Below are positions 54,592 through 62,995 of a stretch of DNA of 64,000 nucleotides, piece by piece. The translations under genes and the position numbers were made by a program. The notes under the pieces were generated by a model. The model did not search any database. It was not told where the DNA came from and saw nothing but the letters and a program-made list of their open reading frames with translations. Position 1 is the stretch's first letter. Each line of letters opens with the position of its first letter. Source of the stretch: a virus; the IMG/VR virus record IMGVR_UViG_3300042922_000982, positions 1-64,000 of that record. One strand, written 5' to 3'.

Positions 54592-55119
54592 ATGGGCATG
54601 AACCTCAACGGCATCCTGGCCAAGATCGTGGCGGACTCCGAAAGGAGCCCGCTGAGCGCGCCCCAGCAGGGGCCGCTCACGCTCGCTGAGCACCTGTACC
54701 TCTACCCGCAGCCGTGCCCCTACCCCCTGCCGCTGCCGACGGCCACGGTGCGCGAGCTGTACAAGGAGACGCACATCCGCCAGGGCAGCTGGCGCGGGCG
54801 CGAGGACGGCTACAACCACCTCATGCAGGCGGCGAACGCCTACCGCGACGCGGGCGAGGCGCTGCGGCTGGCGCTGCCGTTCGCGACCGGGGTGGCCTAC
54901 GCCTACAGCCCGCGCGAGAACGTCGGCTCGCGCGGGGGCGATCACATCGTCTGCCGCGAGGCCATCGAGATCGACCGGCTCAAGCGGCCGAAGGGCAACA
55001 CGCTCTGCCAGCCGCCATCCAAGCGGTTCTGGGGGCTCGATGAGCGATCCGGCTACCCGAGCTGCCTGGACTGCTTGACGATCGCCGAGCGGATCGTCAG
55101 AAAGGGGTTGCAGCGATGA
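54592..55119 (+). CDS. Zinc-finger protein (H...LC...CxxC)
   Basis: GGAGG RBS. Confidence 0.65.
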   Translation: MGMNLNGILAKIVADSERSPLSAPQQGPLTLAEHLYLYPQPCPYPLPLPTATVRELYKETHIRQGSWRGREDGYNHLMQAANAYRDAGEALRLALPFATGVAYAYSPRENVGSRGGDHIVCREAIEIDRLKRPKGNTLCQPPSKRFWGLDERSGYPSCLDCLTIAERIVRKGLQR

Positions 55120-55415
55120 GCACCGTGATCCATTGGCGTCCGGCCGGGGTGCTGGCGGGCGCCTACCCCGGCGCCAAGCGGGGGCACACCTTCGCCCTCG
55201 ATCGGGGCGTCACCCATGCCGAGGTGCTGCGCGCGTTTCGGCTCGGCCGGTTCTCACGCGAGCCGAACGAGGCGCTGTGCCGGGGCGTGCAGCGCGAGAA
55301 CCTCGGCGATCGCTTCGGTACGGACCCCGACGATCAGGTGACGTGCCCCCGCTGCCAGGACTTGCTGTCCCGGCACGCCAACGAACGGCACGATCCACTC
55401 GAGGATTTCTTCTAG
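55116..55415 (+). CDS. Zinc-finger protein (H...LC...CxxC)
   Basis: ATGA overlap; stop abuts repeat copy 9. Confidence 0.65.
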   Translation: MSTVIHWRPAGVLAGAYPGAKRGHTFALDRGVTHAEVLRAFRLGRFSREPNEALCRGVQRENLGDRFGTDPDDQVTCPRCQDLLSRHANERHDPLEDFF

Positions 55416-55467
55416 GGCCCCCAGGAACGGTTTTTTCGGGGCCTGGATAGTAGATAGTAGGGAGGGG
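55415..55467 (+). promoter_or_regulatory. Repeated GGAAC-N16-GGATAG element, copy 9
   Basis: GGAAC at 55424. Confidence 0.8.
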
Positions 55468-55522
55468 GCCGGGCAACCGGCGCCCCTCCTCCGCTACCCC
55501 CACCGACGAAAGGACACCCGCC

Positions 55523-55957
55523 ATGAACACCAAGAACCCGCACCTCCCCACCCACAAGGGCGCCCACACCAAGGGCCCGAACCACTGGATCATCACCCGC
55601 GATCACTTCGCCGACGCGAACGAGCGCATGGGCACCAACGCCAACGCGCCCGGCGTGCGCTCGCGCAAATGCCCGATCGACCCCGACCTGACCGGCCTCA
55701 CCGCCGATCAGGCCGCCGAGAAGATCGCAAAGCTCGCCAAGGCGGCGGGCATGACCCTGCGCTTCCGCCTGCTCGCCGACGGCGATTCGGACGGCGAGCT
55801 GGAGCTTGTCTACGAGGGCTACATGATGCCCTTCGACCGCCACAACGAGAACGCCGACGGCTTCGAGCCGCAGGACAACTTCGGCGAGGGCAACTTCGGC
55901 ACCACCACGCTCCAGTACTGGAAGCCCGGCAAGGGCGGCGGCTGGGCGATCCTGTAA
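55523..55957 (+). CDS. Hypothetical protein
   Basis: AAAGGA RBS; WIIT.D, FRL..D.D.E..YEG, F.P.D.FG...G.T..QY. Confidence 0.7.
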   Translation: MNTKNPHLPTHKGAHTKGPNHWIITRDHFADANERMGTNANAPGVRSRKCPIDPDLTGLTADQAAEKIAKLAKAAGMTLRFRLLADGDSDGELELVYEGYMMPFDRHNENADGFEPQDNFGEGNFGTTTLQYWKPGKGGGWAIL

Positions 55958-56022
55958 CCGCACCCCCAAGACCCCCACGCCCCGGCGCCGCAAGCGCCGG
56001 GGCCTTCAAGGAGAATCGCCCC

Positions 56023-56646
56023 ATGTCCCACGAACACCAGATGGCCTACCAGACCTCCCAATCTCGCGGCGTGCCGGTCGGCGACGCCCTCTTGATCAAG
56101 CGGGTCCGCGAGGACGGCCTCTTCGCGGTTGTTGAGCACGCCCCGAACTACTGCCGCCACACCGACGCCCTCTTGCCCGGCGTGACGCGCTACCTGCGCG
56201 GGGCCTACACCACGCGCCAGGAGGCCGCCGAGCGCTGCGCGCTCGCCGCCGACACGCCCGGCAACGAGTCGGCCTACAGCGTGGAGGAGCCCACCTTCAA
56301 GCCGGGCTTCGACCCGCGCCTGGGCGCGCCCTACGAGCGCTTCGCGCGCGGCTACGAACAGGCCCTCACCGATCGCCGCGAGAAGGGGCACGACCCCAAG
56401 GTGCTGCTGGCCCCCACCAAGGACGGCGGCTTCGTCATGCAAGACCGCGACGCTTTCCACTTCGACGGCTACGAGCGCGGCCTGGTGGCCACCGCCGCGC
56501 CCGAGATCACCGGCCCGGTGCCGGGTGTCGAGGAGGCGTGGCACCTGTACCAGCGCGATTGGGCCAGCGAGTACGCCCTGCTGGCCATCGACTCGCACGA
56601 CGCCTGGGCGGCGGCCGTGTGGATCGCCCCCTTCATGCACGAATAG
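56023..56646 (+). CDS. Hypothetical protein
   Basis: AAGGAG RBS. Confidence 0.7.
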   Translation: MSHEHQMAYQTSQSRGVPVGDALLIKRVREDGLFAVVEHAPNYCRHTDALLPGVTRYLRGAYTTRQEAAERCALAADTPGNESAYSVEEPTFKPGFDPRLGAPYERFARGYEQALTDRREKGHDPKVLLAPTKDGGFVMQDRDAFHFDGYERGLVATAAPEITGPVPGVEEAWHLYQRDWASEYALLAIDSHDAWAAAVWIAPFMHE

Positions 56647-56724
56647 CCCCACCGGCGCCCGGCCCCACCGGGCGCCCCGTTGTCCCCACCGCCAACCGGC
56701 CCAAACGGGCCAAGGAGAACCGCC

Positions 56725-57225
56725 ATGCACCCTCAGTCCTTCCCCATGGGCCCGTACGGGGCCGCCTACTTGACGCCGGATCCGTCCGGCACGAACGTCG
56801 AGCTTCACCTCTTCACGCCGGGCGAACCGCTCGGGTATGCCTTCATTGACGGCCGCCGCGCCATCCTGCACCTGCACCGGCTGCTCTACCGGGCCACGAC
56901 GGCCAAGGCGGACGCCCGGACGGGAGATGTGCCCGTGTTCCTCGAGATCCTCGAGGGCACCGAGATCACGGCGCGCGTCTCGGGGGTCGCCCCGAACCGC
57001 GACGCCGGGCGGGGCAGCGTGCGCTTGTTCGAGCCGATCGGGCATCGCTACACCGATGGCGAGATCTACGCGGATCGCACGCACGACAAGCCCGCGCGCT
57101 TCTTCATGGTGGAGGGCTACGGCCACCTGAGCGATCTCCGCGAGGCGATCGCCGTTTACCTGGGCGTCGACGAGGGTGCCATTGCGGAAGAGCTGGGTAT
57201 CACCGATGCGGAATTGGGAGGGTAA
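56725..57225 (+). CDS. Hypothetical protein
   Basis: Conserved AGGAGAACCGCC-ATG. Confidence 0.7.
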   Translation: MHPQSFPMGPYGAAYLTPDPSGTNVELHLFTPGEPLGYAFIDGRRAILHLHRLLYRATTAKADARTGDVPVFLEILEGTEITARVSGVAPNRDAGRGSVRLFEPIGHRYTDGEIYADRTHDKPARFFMVEGYGHLSDLREAIAVYLGVDEGAIAEELGITDAELGG

Positions 57226-57229
57226 GATC

Positions 57230-57607
57230 ATGACCATGCAAATCGGATCGTACATCGTCACGCAGCCCACCACGTTCGACGGGGTGGGCGGGGGCCAGGT
57301 TGTCGTCGCCCCCGGCACCTACCCGGTCACGGGCTCGCTCAACATCGACGGGTCGGTGGTCGACTTGTGGGTGATCGCCAAGATGCCCGCCACCGAGGTG
57401 GGCTCGGAGCGCGCTGTGCCGCACGCGATCGCCATGCGCGGCGCGGACCTGGCCCGGCAACTGCTCGACGGCACCTCGCCGGTCACCCTCGCGGGCGGCT
57501 TCGAGGCCATCGGGGTCGGCCCCATCGTCACGCACAACCAGGGCACGCCGCAAGAGGCCACCTTCCAGCGCGCCCGCATCGTTCGAAAGGCTCACACCCT
57601 TGTCTAA
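57230..57607 (+). CDS. Hypothetical protein
   Basis: GGAGG RBS. Confidence 0.65.
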   Translation: MTMQIGSYIVTQPTTFDGVGGGQVVVAPGTYPVTGSLNIDGSVVDLWVIAKMPATEVGSERAVPHAIAMRGADLARQLLDGTSPVTLAGGFEAIGVGPIVTHNQGTPQEATFQRARIVRKAHTLV

Positions 57608-58010
57608 TCACTACTGGCTCGGCGAGACGATCGCCGTCACGCAGCGCGACGGGCGCGGCGTGTTCATCTGGAACGGCCGCGAGTTCGACTCGCCCAAGTC
57701 GGCGCAAGAGGCCATCGGCGCGGAGCTTGAGGCCAACATGGCCGCGCTCAAGGCGCAGGGGCTCACCGCCTACGGCTTCACGGGCTACATGACGGGCAGC
57801 AGCACGCAGATGCGCGTGGTGGTGGCCGCCAAGAGCAAGGCGGCGATCGCCCGCGCCATCGGGGCGCGGACGCCGCCCGTGTGCACGCCGACCGGCAACC
57901 CGGCGGATCTTCGGGCGGCTGCAAGCAAGCCTGGCGCCTTCTTCGCCAAGCCGCTCGCCGGGTACGGGCAAGCACTCAGCGAGGTCGACCCTACCAAGAT
58001 CCGGGCCTGA
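57600..58010 (+). CDS. Hypothetical protein
   Basis: TTG start overlapping the upstream stop. Confidence 0.6.
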   Translation: MSNHYWLGETIAVTQRDGRGVFIWNGREFDSPKSAQEAIGAELEANMAALKAQGLTAYGFTGYMTGSSTQMRVVVAAKSKAAIARAIGARTPPVCTPTGNPADLRAAASKPGAFFAKPLAGYGQALSEVDPTKIRA

Positions 58011-58045
58011 TGCGGTATCATGGCGGTCCTTGAGGGAGGACCGCC

Positions 58046-58369
58046 ATGACCTCGTTTGACCCGCTCGCCCCCGACTACGGCTGCGACCTCGCACGCCACT
58101 TCCCCGCGCCCAAGTCGGCCGAGGAGCTGATCACCCTGCTGGCCGAGGGGGGCGGCAAGCCCCCCGGCGAGCTGGCGCTCGAATTGGCTCGCGACGCCTG
58201 GCCGCAGCACGACATCGCGAGCGCGCGCATCGTCGGCAACACCCTGGAAGCCCAGCTGGCCGTGCCGATCAACGTCATCACCATCACGGCCAGCTGGACC
58301 CCCAGCACGACCCCCGCCATGCCCGCCACGGAGACCCCCGCCGATGCCGACCGCCCCGACGCCCCCTGA
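58046..58369 (+). CDS. Hypothetical protein
   Basis: GGAGG RBS; TATCAT at 58016. Confidence 0.65.
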   Translation: MTSFDPLAPDYGCDLARHFPAPKSAEELITLLAEGGGKPPGELALELARDAWPQHDIASARIVGNTLEAQLAVPINVITITASWTPSTTPAMPATETPADADRPDAP

Positions 58370-58559
58370 GCCCTTTCAAGAGCCCTCCGTGGCCGAGCAG
58401 CTGGCCACCGCGCACACCATCATCGGGCGCCAGCGCGTGAGCCTCGAGACCCTGCAAGCCGAGCTGGCCAAGGTGCAGGCCAACATGGCCACGCTGCGCG
58501 CCGAGCGCAACCACCTGCGCGATCGCCTCGCGGCCCTGGAACACCCGCATGACTTCTAG
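58344..58559 (+). CDS. Small coiled-coil protein
   Basis: Heptad leucine pattern; GGAG RBS. Confidence 0.6.
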   Translation: MPTAPTPPEPFQEPSVAEQLATAHTIIGRQRVSLETLQAELAKVQANMATLRAERNHLRDRLAALEHPHDF

Positions 58560-59052
58560 CCACCGCCGCCCCGCGCGCGACAACGTGGCCGCATGGGGCG
58601 GGGACCTCATTCACGCCCGACTGGGCGCCTACCCGACCGGCTTCGGGGCGGCGTACGCCTACGACACCGGCCGGTGGCGCGTCCGGTTCGTGTGGGGCGG
58701 CACCGAGACGGTGGTGTCGGGCGGCGGCTTCATCGAGACGTTCACCGACGGGCTCAAAGGCGTGTTCACCTCGGCGCGCGCGGCCGGGGCGAGCGCGCGC
58801 AAGGGCGCCTGGGTCGAGCCGCCGCGCATGGCCGACCCCGGCCGCATCCCCGAGTGGATCGACGGCCTGCTCTCGCCGGTGATCGGCGGCGGGGCCAACG
58901 GGCTCGGGCTCTCCGACTTCGGGCTCGCGTACAATTTCACCGACCACACCTGGCGCTGCGTCTTGCGCCAGGGCCCGGCGCGCTGGGAGGCGCGCCACAA
59001 ATACATCGAGGACGCGGTGGCGCAGGCCGCCTACCGTGCAATGGGGCGATAG
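58549..59052 (+). CDS. Hypothetical protein
   Basis: Overlapping packed ORF; internal duplication FG.AY....WR. Confidence 0.6.
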   Translation: MTSSHRRPARDNVAAWGGDLIHARLGAYPTGFGAAYAYDTGRWRVRFVWGGTETVVSGGGFIETFTDGLKGVFTSARAAGASARKGAWVEPPRMADPGRIPEWIDGLLSPVIGGGANGLGLSDFGLAYNFTDHTWRCVLRQGPARWEARHKYIEDAVAQAAYRAMGR

Positions 59053-59071
59053 CCCCGAAAGGAGAACCGCC

Positions 59072-59638
59072 ATGTTCAATCCCATCGGCACGCCCAAGGG
59101 CAAGCCCACCGCGCTCGATGATCGCACCGAGCTGGTCGTCTATGCTCGATCCGGGCGCAACCCGCTTTACGTGATCGTTCAGGACGGCGTCAACGTTGTC
59201 GCGCTCGAAAGCGAGGGCACCAGCGGCTGGCGCATCGAAATGCACACCGCCCCCGTCGGCAAGGGGCCCTTCGGCTACTTGCGCCTGCGCCCGTACGGCC
59301 AGCACGACAAGAACTTCTTCGGCAAGGATGAGGCCCTGGCTGCGGCGCGCGCGGCGCTCGCCTACTCGCTCGGCGACTGGATGCGCTACCAGGCCGCATC
59401 CGAGCGCAGCAAGCTGATCGAGCGCACCCACCGCGTCGCGAAAGACCTCGTCTTCACGCACAAGCAACTTCAGGAGCGATACAACGACTTCAAGGAGGTC
59501 TCGACCAACACCAACGGGCTCATGGATCTCGCCAGGGGCCTCGACCTCATGAAAGAGGCGCAGCAGCGCATCGAGTCGGCGGCCAAGGCGCTAAAAGACG
59601 ACGCGTTCCTCGACCTCGGGCTTCCCGTCACCCCGTAA
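59072..59638 (+). CDS. Hypothetical protein
   Basis: Conserved AGGAGAACCGCC-ATG. Confidence 0.7.
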   Translation: MFNPIGTPKGKPTALDDRTELVVYARSGRNPLYVIVQDGVNVVALESEGTSGWRIEMHTAPVGKGPFGYLRLRPYGQHDKNFFGKDEALAAARAALAYSLGDWMRYQAASERSKLIERTHRVAKDLVFTHKQLQERYNDFKEVSTNTNGLMDLARGLDLMKEAQQRIESAAKALKDDAFLDLGLPVTP

Positions 59639-59664
59639 TCCCCACCACGACAAGGAGAACCGCC

Positions 59665-60249
59665 ATGACTCAAGCACACACCTGGCCGAACCCGGAGTTC
59701 GTCCACCTGCGCGGCAAGGAGGCCGTCGAGCACGTCCGGCGCCACGGCGGCACCCTGCTCAGCGTGCCGCGCGGCGTCAAGGGCGCGCCGTTCAAGATCA
59801 CGCTCGACGACGCGGACGCCCGGATGCAAGACCCCGGCTTCGACGCCTACAACGGCCTGATGGCCAAGGTGCCGCTGCGCGACTACCTCGATCGCGTCGT
59901 TGAAGATCAGTTGGGCGCCGACGTGGAGGACCCCGAGATCCTCGCCACCACCCCCTTCGGGCGCGGCTTCGAAGGGCTGATCGAGCCGACGGGGATCGAG
60001 TGCAATTCGATCATCCTGGTGCTACTCGACGCGCCCGCCTACGGCACCAACCGGCACCGGGCCGCGCAGGGCACCTGGGCCCTCAGCTTCCTCTACGGCT
60101 CGGGCGACGGCGAGTGCCAGAGCAACTGGGCGATCGCCAAGGGCTTTCACGGGATCGCCGAGGCCATGTGGCAAGAGCACGAGGCGCGCGCAGCCGAGGA
60201 GGCCGCGCTCAATGACCGCCTGCTGGCGGCGGAAGGGGAGGGCTTCTAG
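59665..60249 (+). CDS. Hypothetical protein
   Basis: Conserved AGGAGAACCGCC-ATG. Confidence 0.7.
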   Translation: MTQAHTWPNPEFVHLRGKEAVEHVRRHGGTLLSVPRGVKGAPFKITLDDADARMQDPGFDAYNGLMAKVPLRDYLDRVVEDQLGADVEDPEILATTPFGRGFEGLIEPTGIECNSIILVLLDAPAYGTNRHRAAQGTWALSFLYGSGDGECQSNWAIAKGFHGIAEAMWQEHEARAAEEAALNDRLLAAEGEGF

Positions 60250-60250
60250 C

Positions 60251-60535
60251 ATGACGGACGCTCTCGCCATCGAGGTCCAGCGGGCCTACGTCCTGACCGC
60301 GCACGCCCGCGCGGAGAAATTCGCCGGGGTGGCCGCCTCGGTGCGCCAGCAGGCGATCGTACTGAAGGGCATCCTCGACGAGTTACCCGCAGGCACCGGC
60401 ACGCAGGGGCTCGCCGCCTTCGACAAGCTCATGGCCGCCGTGCACGCGCTCGACGCCGCCGACACCCACGCCCACGAGATCGCGGGCAACGCGCTCTCCT
60501 TGCTCAACGACATGGAGGTCCCCCGTGGGAACTGA
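60251..60535 (+). CDS. Hypothetical helical protein
   Basis: GGAGG RBS. Confidence 0.6.
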   Translation: MTDALAIEVQRAYVLTAHARAEKFAGVAASVRQQAIVLKGILDELPAGTGTQGLAAFDKLMAAVHALDAADTHAHEIAGNALSLLNDMEVPRGN

Positions 60536-61337
60536 AAACCGCGAAGGCAAGCTTGCCTGTAAGGCTTGCGGGGCCTACATACCCGTCACCTTCACCGATG
60601 AACGTCAGAACGTGCGCTGCCCGCAGGCCGCGTGTCGCGAGGTCTCGACCGTGCCGACCTTCGCCGAGGCGCGGGCCGTGTGCATCTATCCGGCGGCGAC
60701 CCCGCAGGCCCCGGCGCCGAGCGTGGCCCCGATGGGCTACACGATCGCCGTCGAGGAGGTGGTGCCCTTCTTTCTCACCATCACGAGCGACAACGGGCAG
60801 ACGACCGAGTGGGAGATCGACGAGCAAAACGACAAGGTGCGCGCCGACCTGGAGCGCCTCGGCTTCCGCTTGACGGACGCGAAGCGCGGGCTCTGGCTGC
60901 CGCCCGTGCCGCCCATGTACCTGATCGCCACCTCGCACGATAGCCCCGACGACTTCGCGCACCACCTGATCGGCCCCTTCGCGGGCCGCGACGAGGCGTT
61001 CGCCACCGCGCTCGACGACCCGAGCTACTCCAGCACGTCGGGGGCGTGGGAGCCGACCACCTGGGTGGCGGATCCGAGCGATCACTACGGCTTCCGGCCG
61101 GACAAGCGCCACCCGGCGCTCGGCGGGCTTCCTGCCCCGGAGGTCCTGGCGCCGGGCGAGGTGCTGCGCGCGCGCATCGCGTACCGCACGCGCATGGCCG
61201 ACGTGCTGCGCGCGCGGCTCACGGCGCGCCCCGACGCGACGTACCTGCTCGCCCAGGCCGAGGCCATGGAGGCGGCGATCGCCGTGGCGCACGCCTGGCT
61301 CGACGCCCAGGGCGAGCTGGAGGCCCCCCGTGGCTGA
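60525..61337 (+). CDS. Protein with an N-terminal zinc ribbon
   Basis: CKACG...CPQAAC; GGAGG RBS. Confidence 0.65.
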   Translation: MGTENREGKLACKACGAYIPVTFTDERQNVRCPQAACREVSTVPTFAEARAVCIYPAATPQAPAPSVAPMGYTIAVEEVVPFFLTITSDNGQTTEWEIDEQNDKVRADLERLGFRLTDAKRGLWLPPVPPMYLIATSHDSPDDFAHHLIGPFAGRDEAFATALDDPSYSSTSGAWEPTTWVADPSDHYGFRPDKRHPALGGLPAPEVLAPGEVLRARIAYRTRMADVLRARLTARPDATYLLAQAEAMEAAIAVAHAWLDAQGELEAPRG

Positions 61338-61809
61338 GGGCGCGATCAGCTACTTCGTGCTGGGCTACAAGGGCGGCACGAACACCGTCAAGCTGCTCGA
61401 GTGGGCGCCCGAGCGGGTCAGCATCCGGGGCGCGCGCGGCGAGGTGACCGAGCAAGTCGGCGGCTGGGCCTCCGACATGGAGGAGTCGCTCTACAACCTG
61501 CGCTCACAGCTGCCGGACGGCCTGTTCGCGGCCTACGTGACCCTGTGGTGCAGCCAGGGGATGGAGGACTGGGATCAAGGCGAGCACCTGCTCGCGGTGA
61601 TGCCCGTCGAGACGATCGCCTGGCGGCACACCTGGGGCCCCTTGCGCACCACGCACGAGGAGCGGCGCTACGCGGCCGACAAGGAGCTGGTCGCGCACAT
61701 GCGCGCCATGGAGGCCCAGTGGGACGCCGAGGCCGCCGAAATCAACGCGGCGATGGGCCTTGACGCGCCCGGCGGGCCCCCAGGAACGCTTTTTCACCCG
61801 CCTGGATAG
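61330..61809 (+). CDS. Hypothetical protein ending inside repeat copy 10
   Basis: C-terminus GPPGTLFHPPG and the TAG are supplied by the repeat. Confidence 0.65.
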   Translation: MAEGAISYFVLGYKGGTNTVKLLEWAPERVSIRGARGEVTEQVGGWASDMEESLYNLRSQLPDGLFAAYVTLWCSQGMEDWDQGEHLLAVMPVETIAWRHTWGPLRTTHEERRYAADKELVAHMRAMEAQWDAEAAEINAAMGLDAPGGPPGTLFHPPG

Positions 61810-61820
61810 TGGAGGGTAGG
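61774..61820 (+). promoter_or_regulatory. Repeated GGAAC-N16-GGATAG element, copy 10
   Basis: GGAAC at 61783. Confidence 0.8.
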
Positions 61821-61851
61821 AGCCCCCACCACCCGCCAAGGAGAACCCGCC

Positions 61852-62067
61852 ATGACTACCCCCGAGCCCTCGCCTCGCCGCCTCGTCTGGAGCGGCGGGG
61901 CGCTCGTCGCCCTCGATAACGACGGCGAGATGACCACCCCCACCGACGCCGAGCTTCAGGACTACCAGGCCGCCTTCTACGGCGGCGCGGTGGGCTGCGG
62001 CTGCGGCGACCCCGGCAACACCCCCGATTGTGACGGGTGCGGGCCCAACAGCCCGCGCCCCTTGTAA
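61852..62067 (+). CDS. Small Cys-containing protein
   Basis: AAGGAG RBS; CGC...CDGC. Confidence 0.6.
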   Translation: MTTPEPSPRRLVWSGGALVALDNDGEMTTPTDAELQDYQAAFYGGAVGCGCGDPGNTPDCDGCGPNSPRPL

Positions 62068-62077
62068 GGAGCGCCCC

Positions 62078-62581
62078 ATGGCCATACTACCCAAGCACCT
62101 CTGGGCCAACAGCCCGGAGCGGCCCGCGCCCAACCCGGACAAGGTGCCCACCGCCGCCGACGCGGCGGAGATTGCCCTGTACATGGTGAACCCCACGGGC
62201 ACCGGCCACGGCCGGTTGCGCTACTGGCGCTTCACGCTCGACGGCGCCACCTGCCAGCTGGACTGGGGCAGCCTCAAGATCACCTGCGACGGCGCCAACT
62301 TCGGCGTCGGCTACCCGGAGCCTCCGGCCGCCAACACCGAGAAGAGCCCCGAGGCGCTCGCCGCGCACCTGGCGCTCCACCTCGATGGCATGGTGGCCGC
62401 CGCCCGCGCCAAGATCGCCGATCGCAAGCAGACGCTCGCCAGCAGGCCGCGCGGCGTGCTGGTGTCTGCGGGCACCTACGCCCTGCTCGAAGCCGCCGCC
62501 GCCAAGTCGGGCGCCGCCGACCTCGACACCTGGGCCGACGACCTGCTCCGCGAGCAGGCCACGGCCATCCTCACCCGTTAA
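62078..62581 (+). CDS. Hypothetical protein, possible C-terminal ribbon-helix-helix
   Basis: AAGGAG RBS; VLVS...YALLEAAAAKSG...D.W...LL. Confidence 0.6.
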   Translation: MAILPKHLWANSPERPAPNPDKVPTAADAAEIALYMVNPTGTGHGRLRYWRFTLDGATCQLDWGSLKITCDGANFGVGYPEPPAANTEKSPEALAAHLALHLDGMVAAARAKIADRKQTLASRPRGVLVSAGTYALLEAAAAKSGAADLDTWADDLLREQATAILTR

Positions 62582-62647
62582 CCCAGCCTGACGCCATCCG
62601 TGGCGTAGAGGCCCTCACCCCCACCCCCAACGACAAGGAGAACCGCC

Positions 62648-62995
62648 ATGACCTCACTCAACCCCCTCAAGCGCGAGGCCCCCCCGGCCTGGCTCAACCC
62701 CATCTGGAGCTACGTCGGCATCTTGCGCAGCGTGAACCGGGTCGCCGACCCCACGCGCCGCGAGGCCATGCTCGCCGAGGCGGTGGCCACCGGCTACTTG
62801 GATCAGGGCGCGGCCGACACCTACGCGGTCACGCTCGCCACCGCCGGGCGCATCAACGACGAGCGGCTGCGCCAGCTGGAGCAGAGCCGCGTCAACCTGG
62901 CGACCGCCCGGCAGGCGATCGAGCAGGAGGAGTGGGCGCTCAAGGTGGACGCCGAGATCATGCGCATCGCCATGGGCAAGGACGGCGGGGAGTGA
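62648..62995 (+). CDS. Hypothetical protein
   Basis: Conserved AGGAGAACCGCC-ATG. Confidence 0.7.
   Translation: MTSLNPLKREAPPAWLNPIWSYVGILRSVNRVADPTRREAMLAEAVATGYLDQGAADTYAVTLATAGRINDERLRQLEQSRVNLATARQAIEQEEWALKVDAEIMRIAMGKDGGE

Noticed and set aside
32327-61820. Repeated elements as a CRISPR array
   Set aside because: Copies are 0.5-6 kb apart and separated by whole genes; no cas genes are present.
32327-62650. Integron cassette array (attC sites)
   Set aside because: No consistent RYYYAAC...GTTRRRY cores bound the hairpins and no tyrosine integrase is in the window; the resemblance is only organisational.
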